A DNA stretch of 32,000 nt from Coprobacillaceae bacterium (GCA_963675915.1 OY780959.1:1230001-1262000), one strand, 5' to 3'. Shown: positions 1-9,360, numbered from the stretch's first letter. Program-made: numbers and translations. The notes: generated by a model from the letters alone, not told the origin.

Positions 1-433
1 CCGCTGTTGCATCATCACTTTCAAGATAAAGCAAACGGATGTTATCAGGCACTTCAAGTTCCTCAGCCAGATATTCATTCAATTCGATTCCCAGGGCTTC
101 GCTGATCGTATTTTCCAGTTCAGTTGATGAAATCAGAATATTGTTGTTTTCATCATTGAGGTATTTCTCAATTTTTGCATTGGCGATGATTTCTTCCATT
201 ACAACAAAGATATCCTCACCAATCATCGTATCATCAATGATCGCCAAGGCTTCCTCGTTAAGAGGAATGATTTCTTCGACCAGATTTTCTCCGGTTATTT
301 TGATATCCATGCTAGGGTTGATATCAATGGATACCATGGCATAACTGGTACTTCTACGGGGCAAAACAACCGCACTGAATACCAGAGCCAGCGATACCGT
401 CGCCAGGGTGGCAATTGAAAATTTCTTTAGCAT
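1..433 (-). CDS. exported or membrane-anchored protein, N-terminal part only (gene runs off the window start)
   Basis: ATG at 433-431 lies 7 nt downstream of AAGGAGAG (complement of 441-448). The translation MLKKFSIATLATVSLALVFSAVVLPRR... gives an N-terminal hydrophobic helix. A 'SIDINPSMDIKITGENL' segment follows, resembling by eye the extracytoplasmic domain of RsgI-type anti-sigma proteins. The frame stays open to position 1. The + strand ORF 39-344 is its low-complexity shadow. Confidence 0.55.
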   Translation of the reverse strand, partial: MLKKFSIATLATVSLALVFSAVVLPRRSTSYAMVSIDINPSMDIKITGENLVEEIIPLNEEALAIIDDTMIGEDIFVVMEEIIANAKIEKYLNDENNNILISSTELENTISEALGIELNEYLAEELEVPDNIRLLYLESDDATA

Positions 434-492
434 AGTGTTTCTCTCCTTACATTAATGCTCAATCGTTCTTTAGAAAATCTTAAGATACATAA

Positions 493-522
493 ATTATAGC
501 ATATTCGAGCATTATTTAACAA
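493..522 (-). promoter_or_regulatory. putative sigma-A promoter for the partial exported-protein gene
   Basis: On the minus strand: TTGTTA (522-517), 18-nt spacer, then TGcTATAAT extended -10 (TATAAT = 498-493). Confidence 0.35.
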
Positions 523-558
523 GTGCCTTAAAATTACCAAAAATTAATTGATTGTAAC

Positions 559-1296
559 TTATTTAAGGTCGAGGAGATTCATCTGGTCGGGGCTGATTTC
601 GTAAATGACATTTTTCCGTTCCACGATGATTTTTATTTTCCCAGCCACCTGCTTGTCATTTTTGATCAGTTCGAGCAGCCCTCGGGTTGGATTGATCGCA
701 TAGGGATGACCAACCAGTTTGAACATCGCAAAGTCGCCGACCGTATCGCCATATCCATAGGATTTGTCAAGATCGATATCATATTGAAGTGCGAGATCCT
801 TGATCGCCTGACACTTGGACTCACTGTCCCACATCGGAATGATCTTGTCAGTGTAGTTGTTGTTGCCATCGGTCACATAAACGGTCCCCCGATAATCGTC
901 AAAATCATATTTTTCCGCCATTTCCCTGACCAGTTCGATCGGCGAACCGGAAATGGCAATAATTAGATTCTTTTTCTTGCGGTGATACTCAATCTGATTG
1001 CGGGAAAAGACATAGACCCGGTCTCCCTTTTGTTCCACCACTTTCTTGGCGATATGATTGATCAGGATCTGATTGATTCCCAGAATTGACTCGCAGTAGA
1101 TATCAACCATCCGATGGAGATAATCATCATAATCCCCCTGACGGCGGTCGTATTTCATAAAGGCGTGACGGACATCATCGTGCCACATGGATTCATCAGC
1201 CAATTCATGTTTGATTATTTTTTTAAACAACTCGGTAATCATCCCCTCACGGTAAATGGTTCCATCAATATCGAAAAATGCCGCGGTCTTTTTCAT
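559..1296 (-). CDS. HAD-IB family hydrolase (SerB-like phosphatase fold)
   Basis: Contains the DxDxT motif 'FFDIDGT' and the late motif 'GYGDTVGD'. ATG at 1296-1294 is preceded by GGAGG. The track ORF start at 1317 is an upstream TTG with no SD. Confidence 0.85.
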   Translation of the reverse strand: MKKTAAFFDIDGTIYREGMITELFKKIIKHELADESMWHDDVRHAFMKYDRRQGDYDDYLHRMVDIYCESILGINQILINHIAKKVVEQKGDRVYVFSRNQIEYHRKKKNLIIAISGSPIELVREMAEKYDFDDYRGTVYVTDGNNNYTDKIIPMWDSESKCQAIKDLALQYDIDLDKSYGYGDTVGDFAMFKLVGHPYAINPTRGLLELIKNDKQVAGKIKIIVERKNVIYEISPDQMNLLDLK

Positions 1297-1337
1297 CGCA
1301 GTACCTCCTTCTGGCAATTTCCCCCAGTTTCCTTGTC

Positions 1338-1366
1338 TTGTAAATTAATCCTATCAGTGCTAAAAT
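1338..1366 (+). promoter_or_regulatory. putative promoter of the fetAB-like operon
   Basis: TTGTAA (1338-1343), 17-nt spacer, TAAAAT (1361-1366). Confidence 0.35.
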
Positions 1367-1398
1367 TTTCTTATATTATTTTTTGGAAAGGGAAACAT

Positions 1399-2010
1399 AT
1401 GAGCCTGATCAAGTTACAAGATATTTGTCTTAGTTTTGGTCCTAAGTTAATTTTCGACCATTTCAATTTAAAAGTCAATTCCGGTGATAAGATTTTAATC
1501 ACCGGCAAATCAGGAAAAGGAAAGTCGACGATGCTGAAGGTCTTGTTGGGTTTTTGTCCGATCGATAGTGGAACAGTCTTCTTCGATGATAAGGAAATGA
1601 ATCAAACCTTGCTCCGCGCAAACCGCCAGCGCTTTGGCTATGTCAATCAGGATGTCACCTTGCGTGACGGTCCGGTTAAGGAAATCCTGGCTGAAATTGC
1701 CAAATTCGACCATAATCATTTTCAGGGTCGGATTGATGAAAAGCTGATGGATTATTTTGAGTTCAACCCCGAATTGCTTGAAAAGAAGATTTCCCAGCTT
1801 TCCGGTGGGGAACGGCAACGGTTGGGACTGATGATCGCCATCATGCTTGAGCGGGAAATCTACCTGCTTGATGAAGTCACTTCGGCGCTTGATAGCAATC
1901 TCAAAGCGAAAGTGGCCCATTATTTTGGCGACAGTGATGCCACTGTTATCGCCATCTCCCATGACGACAGTTTTAAAAACACCGGAAAATTCAAGGAGGT
2001 TAACTGGTAA
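1399..2010 (+). CDS. fetA: ABC transporter ATP-binding protein, FetA/YbbL-like
   Basis: Walker A 'GKSGKGKST', signature 'LSGGERQR' and Walker B 'IYLLDE' are present. The start is taken at ATG 1399 (MSLIKLQD...). The upstream part of ORF 1114-2010 is antisense to the HAD gene. The stop overlaps the permease ATG (TAATG). Confidence 0.8.
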   Translation: MSLIKLQDICLSFGPKLIFDHFNLKVNSGDKILITGKSGKGKSTMLKVLLGFCPIDSGTVFFDDKEMNQTLLRANRQRFGYVNQDVTLRDGPVKEILAEIAKFDHNHFQGRIDEKLMDYFEFNPELLEKKISQLSGGERQRLGLMIAIMLEREIYLLDEVTSALDSNLKAKVAHYFGDSDATVIAISHDDSFKNTGKFKEVNW

Positions 2011-2774
2011 TGGAAACAATTTCGTATCTCGGCCTGGGTTTTCTGGCCCTGCTGATCATTCCAACCCTTTTGATCAACCGCTATTTTGAAATCAAAATGA
2101 ACCTCGACATTGTCATTTCGGTAATCAGGATGTTCATCCAGCTCTCCCTGGTCGGTTGCTATCTGCAATATATTTTTGATTTGAACAATCCTTTTTTGAA
2201 TCTGGGATATTTGTTTTTGATGGGATTTGTCGCTTCATACAATGTGGTCAAATCCACAGACCTCAAGAAATATCATCTTTATCTGCCGGTCTTCATCGCC
2301 ATCGCCCTGCCCAATATTTTCATGCTGCTTTTCATGAACATCTTTGTTTTGAATCTTGGTGATGTTTTTGAAGCCCGTTATCTGATCACCATGGGTGGAA
2401 TGTTATTGGGAAATCTTCTCAACGGCAACATCATCGCCATCAATTCCTATTACCAGAACATCAAGGACAACATTGAAATCATCAATTACGAGTTGGCCCT
2501 GGGGGCGACCCGCTTTCAGGCGACCCGCCACTATTTCAAAAACTCCCTGGCAATGACAATCAAACCAACGGCGGCCTCAATGGCTACTCTGGGTCTGGTG
2601 GCTTTGCCGGGAATGATGACCGGACAGATTCTAGGTGGCGCCATGCCTTCAAGTGCAATCATGTACCAGATTGCCATTATGATTGCCATCTATATCACCC
2701 GGTATTTCAGCGTCATTCTATCGATTTTCTCATTCCAAAACATCATTTTCGACCAGTATGACCAACTTAAATGA
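2010..2774 (+). CDS. fetB: ABC permease of the FetB/YbbM (UPF0014) family
   Basis: Multi-TM protein with segments matching my recollection of E. coli FetB: 'IQLSLVGCYLQYIF', 'LALGATRFQA', 'LGLVALPGMMTGQ', 'MYQI'. Translationally coupled to the ATPase gene. Confidence 0.75.
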   Translation: METISYLGLGFLALLIIPTLLINRYFEIKMNLDIVISVIRMFIQLSLVGCYLQYIFDLNNPFLNLGYLFLMGFVASYNVVKSTDLKKYHLYLPVFIAIALPNIFMLLFMNIFVLNLGDVFEARYLITMGGMLLGNLLNGNIIAINSYYQNIKDNIEIINYELALGATRFQATRHYFKNSLAMTIKPTAASMATLGLVALPGMMTGQILGGAMPSSAIMYQIAIMIAIYITRYFSVILSIFSFQNIIFDQYDQLK

Positions 2775-2812
2775 AAAAGAGGCGTTTCCAAATGTAGGAA
2801 ATGCCTCTTTTT
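2775..2812. terminator. bidirectional intrinsic terminator between fetB and ribU
   Basis: 12-bp stem (2778-2789 with 2797-2808, one G-U pair) and a 7-nt loop. An A-run lies on the left and a T-run on the right. Confidence 0.8.
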
Positions 2813-2814
2813 GA

Positions 2815-3462
2815 TTAGCTTGATTTTTGAATAGTTTTAGCGAAAGATTTTGCCAAAACGGGTTTTAACACTCTAAAGAAGAACCCGGTAACCAGACCTT
2901 TAAGCAGGTTGAATGGGAAGTAGATCAAAAAGATTGCTTCTCCATAAGGACCCAGGAATCCAAGGAAAGTCGAAGTCGGAAGATTCATCCCGAAGTATTC
3001 ATTGAATGCAGCCATATCCAAAGTGTATGGCAAATCAGTATACCATGTGAATTCCCATGTCAGATATGTCGGAGTTACAAACAGATAATTCAATACTGTC
3101 AGCAACAGCGAGAAGCAAACCATGGTTGCAATGATGGTTGGAATATATTTTTCGCGGAACACTTTATTGAAAAGCAGATAGAATCCCACGATTGAAAGTG
3201 AAGCCACCAATGCAGTCCATTGCCCAATTGCGAATGGTCCCACCGGTCCTTTGACTACCAATGAAATGAAGAATTTGGCGATTGAGACAATCACCCCTCC
3301 TTTAAGACCGTAAAAAAGCACTCCGACCAATACCACTACTTCGGCCAGATCAATCATCAGCCATGGCGCCAGGGGGTATGGGATCTCAATCAGCCCCAAC
3401 AAACCGCCAAGGGCACTTAACATCGCCAGTGTAACTAAAGTTCTTGTTCTAGTATTTTCCAT
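2815..3462 (-). CDS. ribU: ECF-transporter S component for riboflavin (RibU)
   Basis: Small multi-TM protein (MENTRTRTLVTLAMLSALGG...). ATG at 3462-3460 is preceded by AAGGAG. It lies directly downstream of an FMN riboswitch, which is the classical RibU context. Confidence 0.8.
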   Translation of the reverse strand: MENTRTRTLVTLAMLSALGGLLGLIEIPYPLAPWLMIDLAEVVVLVGVLFYGLKGGVIVSIAKFFISLVVKGPVGPFAIGQWTALVASLSIVGFYLLFNKVFREKYIPTIIATMVCFSLLLTVLNYLFVTPTYLTWEFTWYTDLPYTLDMAAFNEYFGMNLPTSTFLGFLGPYGEAIFLIYFPFNLLKGLVTGFFFRVLKPVLAKSFAKTIQKSS

Positions 3463-3514
3463 AATACATCTCCTTAAAATAAAAAATATCATGAAAACAC
3501 TAGTCTCCATGAAC

Positions 3515-3542
3515 GACAAAAAAGATGTATGAATATACGTCT
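3515..3542 (-). terminator. riboswitch expression-platform terminator
   Basis: Minus-strand RNA AGACGUAU-AUUC-AUACAUCU (7 of 8 pairs) followed by UUUUUU. Its 5' arm overlaps the 3' side of the aptamer P1. Confidence 0.55.
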
Positions 3543-3645
3543 ACTTCCATCCAGACTTTACTGTCGGTGTAGGAATCTAACCTACTCAGCTTGCGCTCGC
3601 GGACTATACCGCCGGTCGGGAAATTAACCCTGCCCTGAAGACTTT
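3541..3645 (-). promoter_or_regulatory. FMN riboswitch (RFN element)
   Basis: The minus-strand RNA reads GUCUUCAGGGCAGGGUUAAUUUCCCGACCGGCGGUAUAGUCCGCGAGC...GGUUAGAUUCCUACACCGACAGUAAAGUCUGGAUGGAAGUAGAC. This reproduces the conserved RFN core blocks: AGGGCAGGGU, UCCCGACCGGCGGUA, CCGCGAGC, GAUUCC, CCGACAGU, AGUCUGGAUGG. Confidence 0.9.
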
Positions 3646-3658
3646 TATTTTCGAAATC

Positions 3659-3687
3659 ATTATAGCCTCTATCTACAAATTTGTAAA
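3659..3687 (-). promoter_or_regulatory. putative promoter of the FMN riboswitch-ribU transcript
   Basis: Minus strand: TTTACA (3687-3682), 17-nt spacer, TATAAT (3664-3659). Confidence 0.45.
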
Positions 3688-3771
3688 GTCAAATAACAAC
3701 ATTTCACCAAACAATTTAATTGAAAACTGAAGTTCCAGAGGACATCGCCTTGATGTTTTTTACAATATGGT

Positions 3772-3800
3772 TTATCAACATCTATCAAATATGTTATAAT
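3772..3800 (+). promoter_or_regulatory. putative promoter of the DUF523 gene
   Basis: TTATCA (3772-3777), 17-nt spacer, TGtTATAAT extended -10 (TATAAT = 3795-3800). Confidence 0.4.
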
Positions 3801-3819
3801 TTCCCAACAGGAGTATGAT

Positions 3820-4257
3820 ATGGAAAATATATTGATAAGTTTATGTCTGGTTGGGATCGACTGCAAGTACAACGGGGGCAACAACCTGATCGACCAGCTG
3901 GATGAATTGAAACAGAGATACAACTTGATTCCTTTTTGCCCGGAAGTTACCGGAGGGATGCCAACCCCAAGACTGCCGGTGGAAATCGTCAACGGTCAGG
4001 TAGTCAACCATCTAGGCGAAGAATTCAGCCAGGAATTCAATAAAGGAGCCCAGGAAGCTTTGAAAATCGCGAAGCTGTTCAACTGCAAAAAGGCCATCCT
4101 TCAAGTCCGCTCGCCCAGCTGTGGCTATGGCAGAATTTATGACGGTACTTTTAGCGGGAAACTCAAAGAAGGAAACGGAATCACCGCCGCCTTGCTTGAA
4201 GCCAACGGGATTGAAATCTTTCCCAGCGACCAGATTGCCAGGCTGCTTGAAGAGTAA
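3820..4257 (+). CDS. DUF523 family protein (TudS-like thiouracil desulfidase family)
   Basis: N-terminus 'ILISLCLVGIDCKYNGG', 'PFCPEV.GG' and 'RSPSCG' give the Cys pattern typical of DUF523. AGGAG SD lies before ATG 3820. Confidence 0.7.
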   Translation: MENILISLCLVGIDCKYNGGNNLIDQLDELKQRYNLIPFCPEVTGGMPTPRLPVEIVNGQVVNHLGEEFSQEFNKGAQEALKIAKLFNCKKAILQVRSPSCGYGRIYDGTFSGKLKEGNGITAALLEANGIEIFPSDQIARLLEE

Positions 4258-4268
4258 CCGAAACTAAT

Positions 4269-4299
4269 TATCGAATTGTTTTCAATTTCCAATTCGATA
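4269..4299 (+). terminator. perfect 10-bp hairpin downstream of the DUF523 gene (weak terminator or attenuator/operator)
   Basis: TATCGAATTG (4269-4278) and CAATTCGATA (4290-4299) with an 11-nt loop. The stem is AT-rich and followed by TTCTATAAT, so only a partial T-run. Confidence 0.3.
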
Positions 4300-4313
4300 T
4301 TCTATAATATGAC

Positions 4314-5986
4314 GGTAGTGTCAAACAGGTATGAAAAGTATGATTAATTTGTTATGGAGTTGTTGATGATGTAATCATTGGTCATAGCGATAATCATATT
4401 CCATTTTCTAGGCATGTTGGTCACACCTTCGAATGATTCCAGTTTAACTGGAGGACTGTATTCCAAAGAACTATGCTTCCTGAGGAAATTAAAGTATGTG
4501 GTAAACAGACACATGAATTCATTTGCTTTGTTTAAATCCGCAAATCCATTCTTTACGTAATAAGAAAACTTGAATGTTCTGTTCAATCTTTCAATTATCT
4601 GCTTTTGAGGTCGGTAAATCTTTGAAGCTTCATCCTTGTTTTCTAAACCTATTACCTGATGGACTTTGAATTTCCTGTCTTGCAATAGGAAATATTGTTG
4701 AGCGGCAAGATAGATTGGATTGCCATCAACTACAAAACTCAAGCCTTCGGGAATGGCGGTAAACTTTCTGAGTACTGAATAGTAGGCTTGGATAGCTGAA
4801 AAGGTATCTCTTTTCATAAAGATATTATATGAAGTGATTATCTTCTTGATGCTGTCACACATGAAAAAGACATAGGCTTTGTTACCGTTGATTTTAACGT
4901 AGGTTTCATCACCGCATTGATCTGGTGTCAATTCACCGTATTGGTAATTGTCTAACCAGGGGTTGATTAGACAGCTTGCCGCTTCGGCGTAATTGGCAAC
5001 GGTTTGGTGAGATACATCGACATCATGTACTTCTTTGAGAATCAATGCAGTTTTTCTTAGGGATAGTCCATAATTGATGTGATACGTGAGGATTAAACCT
5101 AGTATTTCCTTAGAATTTTTGATTCTGGATAGTTGAACTCTTGAAGGGGTAATAGTCGCCTGGAGCTGTTCTAGTTGTTCTATGGACGCACTAAAAACCC
5201 TAGTAATATAGCGAAGTTTGAAAGCGGATGGATTCTTCTTGTATAGCTTTTTCTCTTGTTTACTAAGGGAGCGGATATTGTGTTTGTAGTAGGTGCATTC
5301 CCTGTTTGAGCATCGATATACTGTGAAATGATCTCTGACATGATGAGGGTCGAGTTTCCGACCGCAGTAAGGACAGTGATGTGCAACTTGTTGGATATAA
5401 GGTTTCCCGGGAATAAAAGTTGTATCACAAACCTTGCAGCGACACTGCTGGGAGATTTTTCCGGATCTGTTGTCATAAAGATATTCGTAAGGAGCACCGC
5501 AGTGAGGGCAGACAGTATCTTTGGGTATGTTTAAAGGAACTCGTCTATTTATAGGTTTGGGCGAGCGACCGTTATGCTTTGATTTGTAGATTTCAACAGC
5601 TTTAGAGAATGTGATTGGAAGATTTTCTTCTTTGATGAGAGGAACCGGATCAACTTTGAATTTGCGGTATTGTTCGCCCATTATTAAAGTATCAGGATCT
5701 TTGGGAAGAAATTTCATCAAAAAGCATTCGAATTTGAAAGAAATTTTATTGACAATATTCAATAATTTGATAATTAGTGATATAATCTTAGCCATGGTAA
5801 TAGTTCTCCTTTACTTGTGGTTTTGTCACTTACAATTATAGGAGCTATTGCCTTTTTTGTATATTGAAATGGCTAAGTTATATGTCGATTCCGGAGGGGA
5901 GCGACTAAAATAGATAAAAAACCTAGGTAGAATGCGGTTTACCAGTTATTTAAAGCTATAAATAACTAACTGGTTTTGACACTACC
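4314..5986 (-). mobile_element. IS6/IS26-like insertion sequence, copy A (1673 bp)
   Basis: Terminal inverted repeat GGTAGTGTCAAA (perfect 12 nt, then imperfect). An 8-bp direct repeat flanks the element and it encodes a single DDE transposase gene. It differs from copy C at one base (4382 T versus 7756 C), by direct line-by-line comparison. Confidence 0.9.
4344..5795 (-). CDS. DDE transposase, IS6/IS240-like core with an N-terminal double zinc-ribbon and HTH extension
   Basis: Catalytic blocks are 'GDETYVKINGNKAYVFF', 'FVVDGNPIY' and 'IIERLNRTFK'. Two Cys clusters are present: CPHCG...CRCKVC and CPYCG...CSNREC. The HTH-like segment is 'LSLRKTALILKEV...SHQTVANY'. AAAGGAG SD lies before ATG 5795. 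Confidence 0.85.
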   Translation of the reverse strand: MAKIISLIIKLLNIVNKISFKFECFLMKFLPKDPDTLIMGEQYRKFKVDPVPLIKEENLPITFSKAVEIYKSKHNGRSPKPINRRVPLNIPKDTVCPHCGAPYEYLYDNRSGKISQQCRCKVCDTTFIPGKPYIQQVAHHCPYCGRKLDPHHVRDHFTVYRCSNRECTYYKHNIRSLSKQEKKLYKKNPSAFKLRYITRVFSASIEQLEQLQATITPSRVQLSRIKNSKEILGLILTYHINYGLSLRKTALILKEVHDVDVSHQTVANYAEAASCLINPWLDNYQYGELTPDQCGDETYVKINGNKAYVFFMCDSIKKIITSYNIFMKRDTFSAIQAYYSVLRKFTAIPEGLSFVVDGNPIYLAAQQYFLLQDRKFKVHQVIGLENKDEASKIYRPQKQIIERLNRTFKFSYYVKNGFADLNKANEFMCLFTTYFNFLRKHSSLEYSPPVKLESFEGVTNMPRKWNMIIAMTNDYIINNSITN

Positions 5987-5994
5987 AATATGAC

Positions 5995-7679
5995 GGTAGT
6001 GTCAAACGTTTATGAAAAGTATGATTAATTGATGATAGTGGTATTTGTTATGTAGTCGTTGGCCATATCAATGATCATATTCCATTTTTTAGGCATGTTG
6101 GTAACTCCTTTGAATGCTTCAAGTTCTACAGGCGGTTTGTATTTCAATGAGCTGTGATTTCTTAGAAAATTGAAGTACGTGGTAAATAGACACATGAATT
6201 CATTTGCCTTATCAAAATCTGTAAAACCATTCTTTACGTAATATGAGAACTTGAATGTTCTATTCAATCTCTCAATTATTTGCTTTTGAGATCGATACAT
6301 CTTTGAAGTTTCATCTTTGTTTTCTAAACCGATTACCTGATGAACTTTGAATCTTATTTTGTTTATATGTAAATATTGTTGGGCAGCGAGGTAGATTGGA
6401 TTGCCATCAACGACGAAATTCAAATCTTCAGGCAGGTCTTCTGGAATGACTGTAAACTTTCTGATTACTGAATAGAAAGCTTAAATTGCTGAAAATGTAT
6501 CTCTTTTCATGAAGATGTTGTAAGAGGTTATTATTTTTCTGACACTGTCACACATGAAAAAGACATAGGCTTTCTTGCCTTTGACTTTCACGTAAGTTTC
6601 ATCACCGCACTGATCTACAGTCAAATTGTCATACTGGTAGTTGTCCAACCAAGGGTTGATCAGACAACTGGCTGCTTCGGCATAGTTGGCGACAGTCTGA
6701 TGAGATACTTTGACGTCATGAACTTCTCGCATAATCAACGCGGTTTTCCTCAAAGATAAGCCGTAGTTGATGTGGTATGTGAGGATTAGGCCCAGTATGT
6801 GCTTTGAATTATGGATTCTCGACAATTGGACCTTTGAAGGGGTTATGGTTGCCTGAAGTCTTTCCAATTGTTCTATGGTAGCACTGAAAACTCTGGTTAT
6901 GTAGTGGAGTTTGAAGGCGGAAGGATTTCTCTTGTAGAGTTTCTTCTCCTTGCGGTTCATCATTCTGAGATTGTGCTTGTAGTAAGTACACATGTTGTTA
7001 GGACAACGATATACAGTGAAATGTTCACGGGTATGACGTGGATCCAGTTTTACCCCGCAATAAGGGCAGTAATGTGCCACTTGTTGGATATATGGTTTTC
7101 CAGGAACGAAGGCGGTATCGCATACTTTGCAGCGACACTGCTTTGATATTTTGCCGGACTTGTTGTCATAAAGATATTCGTAAGGAGCTCCACAGTGAGG
7201 GCAAACAGTATCTTTTGGTATGTTTAAAGGAACCCGTCTATTTATAGGTTTGGGCGAGCGACCTTTATGTTTGGATTTATATATTTCTACCGCTTCATCA
7301 AATGAAATCGGGAGATTTTCTTCTTTGATGAAAGGAACTGGATCAACCTTGAATTTGCGGTATTGTTCGCTCATGACCAATGTAGCGGGTTCCTTAGGTA
7401 GAAATTTCATTAAAAAGCATTCGGATTTGAAAGAAATTTTATTGATGATGTTCAGTAATTTGATAATTAGTGATATAATCTTAGCCATGGTAATAGTTCT
7501 CCTTTACTTTAGGTTTGGTCACTTACAATTATAGGAGCTATTACCTTTTTTGTATAATGAAAAGGCTAAGTTATATGTCAATCCCGGAGGGGAATGACTA
7601 AAATAGATAAAAAACCAAGGTAGAATGCGGTTTTCTAGTTAATTATGACTATAAATAACTAACTGGTTTTGACACTACC
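5995..7679 (-). mobile_element. diverged IS6/IS26-like insertion sequence, copy B (1685 bp)
   Basis: It has the same terminal sequences and orientation as copies A and C. Internally it is clearly diverged (roughly 80-90 % identity by eye). It carries a 12-bp in-frame imperfect duplication giving PEDLPEDL, at about 6427-6450. Confidence 0.9.
6025..7488 (-). pseudogene. transposase gene interrupted by one in-frame stop
   Basis: Where copies A and C have 'SAIQAYYSV' (CAA), copy B reads 'SAI*AFYSV' (TAA, complement of 6481-6483). This splits the gene into ORFs 6481-7488 (zinc ribbons, HTH and first catalytic D) and 6025-6423 (second D and E). Confidence 0.85.
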
Positions 7680-7687
7680 AATATGAC

Positions 7688-9360
7688 GGTAGTGTCAAAC
7701 AGGTATGAAAAGTATGATTAATTTGTTATGGAGTTGTTGATGATGTAATCATTGGCCATAGCGATAATCATATTCCATTTTCTAGGCATGTTGGTCACAC
7801 CTTCGAATGATTCCAGTTTAACTGGAGGACTGTATTCCAAAGAACTATGCTTCCTGAGGAAATTAAAGTATGTGGTAAACAGACACATGAATTCATTTGC
7901 TTTGTTTAAATCCGCAAATCCATTCTTTACGTAATAAGAAAACTTGAATGTTCTGTTCAATCTTTCAATTATCTGCTTTTGAGGTCGGTAAATCTTTGAA
8001 GCTTCATCCTTGTTTTCTAAACCTATTACCTGATGGACTTTGAATTTCCTGTCTTGCAATAGGAAATATTGTTGAGCGGCAAGATAGATTGGATTGCCAT
8101 CAACTACAAAACTCAAGCCTTCGGGAATGGCGGTAAACTTTCTGAGTACTGAATAGTAGGCTTGGATAGCTGAAAAGGTATCTCTTTTCATAAAGATATT
8201 ATATGAAGTGATTATCTTCTTGATGCTGTCACACATGAAAAAGACATAGGCTTTGTTACCGTTGATTTTAACGTAGGTTTCATCACCGCATTGATCTGGT
8301 GTCAATTCACCGTATTGGTAATTGTCTAACCAGGGGTTGATTAGACAGCTTGCCGCTTCGGCGTAATTGGCAACGGTTTGGTGAGATACATCGACATCAT
8401 GTACTTCTTTGAGAATCAATGCAGTTTTTCTTAGGGATAGTCCATAATTGATGTGATACGTGAGGATTAAACCTAGTATTTCCTTAGAATTTTTGATTCT
8501 GGATAGTTGAACTCTTGAAGGGGTAATAGTCGCCTGGAGCTGTTCTAGTTGTTCTATGGACGCACTAAAAACCCTAGTAATATAGCGAAGTTTGAAAGCG
8601 GATGGATTCTTCTTGTATAGCTTTTTCTCTTGTTTACTAAGGGAGCGGATATTGTGTTTGTAGTAGGTGCATTCCCTGTTTGAGCATCGATATACTGTGA
8701 AATGATCTCTGACATGATGAGGGTCGAGTTTCCGACCGCAGTAAGGACAGTGATGTGCAACTTGTTGGATATAAGGTTTCCCGGGAATAAAAGTTGTATC
8801 ACAAACCTTGCAGCGACACTGCTGGGAGATTTTTCCGGATCTGTTGTCATAAAGATATTCGTAAGGAGCACCGCAGTGAGGGCAGACAGTATCTTTGGGT
8901 ATGTTTAAAGGAACTCGTCTATTTATAGGTTTGGGCGAGCGACCGTTATGCTTTGATTTGTAGATTTCAACAGCTTTAGAGAATGTGATTGGAAGATTTT
9001 CTTCTTTGATGAGAGGAACCGGATCAACTTTGAATTTGCGGTATTGTTCGCCCATTATTAAAGTATCAGGATCTTTGGGAAGAAATTTCATCAAAAAGCA
9101 TTCGAATTTGAAAGAAATTTTATTGACAATATTCAATAATTTGATAATTAGTGATATAATCTTAGCCATGGTAATAGTTCTCCTTTACTTGTGGTTTTGT
9201 CACTTACAATTATAGGAGCTATTGCCTTTTTTGTATATTGAAATGGCTAAGTTATATGTCGATTCCGGAGGGGAGCGACTAAAATAGATAAAAAACCTAG
9301 GTAGAATGCGGTTTACCAGTTATTTAAAGCTATAAATAACTAACTGGTTTTGACACTACC
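7688..9360 (-). mobile_element. IS6/IS26-like insertion sequence, copy C (1673 bp)
   Basis: 1672/1673 identical to copy A, with the same IRs. It is followed by AATATGAC and then the cysE SD. Confidence 0.9.
7718..9169 (-). CDS. DDE transposase, IS6/IS240-like (copy C)
   Basis: Identical to the copy A protein except for one residue near the C-terminus (IIAMANDY versus IIAMTNDY). Confidence 0.85.
   Translation of the reverse strand: MAKIISLIIKLLNIVNKISFKFECFLMKFLPKDPDTLIMGEQYRKFKVDPVPLIKEENLPITFSKAVEIYKSKHNGRSPKPINRRVPLNIPKDTVCPHCGAPYEYLYDNRSGKISQQCRCKVCDTTFIPGKPYIQQVAHHCPYCGRKLDPHHVRDHFTVYRCSNRECTYYKHNIRSLSKQEKKLYKKNPSAFKLRYITRVFSASIEQLEQLQATITPSRVQLSRIKNSKEILGLILTYHINYGLSLRKTALILKEVHDVDVSHQTVANYAEAASCLINPWLDNYQYGELTPDQCGDETYVKINGNKAYVFFMCDSIKKIITSYNIFMKRDTFSAIQAYYSVLRKFTAIPEGLSFVVDGNPIYLAAQQYFLLQDRKFKVHQVIGLENKDEASKIYRPQKQIIERLNRTFKFSYYVKNGFADLNKANEFMCLFTTYFNFLRKHSSLEYSPPVKLESFEGVTNMPRKWNMIIAMANDYIINNSITN

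Noticed and set aside
39-344. 101-aa + strand ORF rich in Ser/Ile
   Set aside because: It is a low-complexity shadow of the minus-strand gene, which has a proper SD, ATG (433) and signal-like N-terminus.
1114-1398. N-terminal 95 codons of track ORF 1114-2010
   Set aside because: This part runs antisense through the HAD hydrolase gene and the promoter region. The ABC ATPase homology begins at ATG 1399.
1510-2019. 169-aa antisense ORF inside the ABC ATPase gene
   Set aside because: It has no recognisable motifs and is fully embedded opposite a well-supported CDS.
3669-3992. 107-aa minus-strand ORF
   Set aside because: It overlaps the DUF523 coding start and the ribU/DUF523 promoter region. 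It has no SD and no family resemblance.
5973-6007. Possible junction promoter formed by abutted IS ends (-35 in one IR, -10 in the next)
   Set aside because: TTGACA is present in both orientations. No -10-like hexamer lies 16-18 nt away on either strand: the candidates are GTGTCA and TAGTGT.
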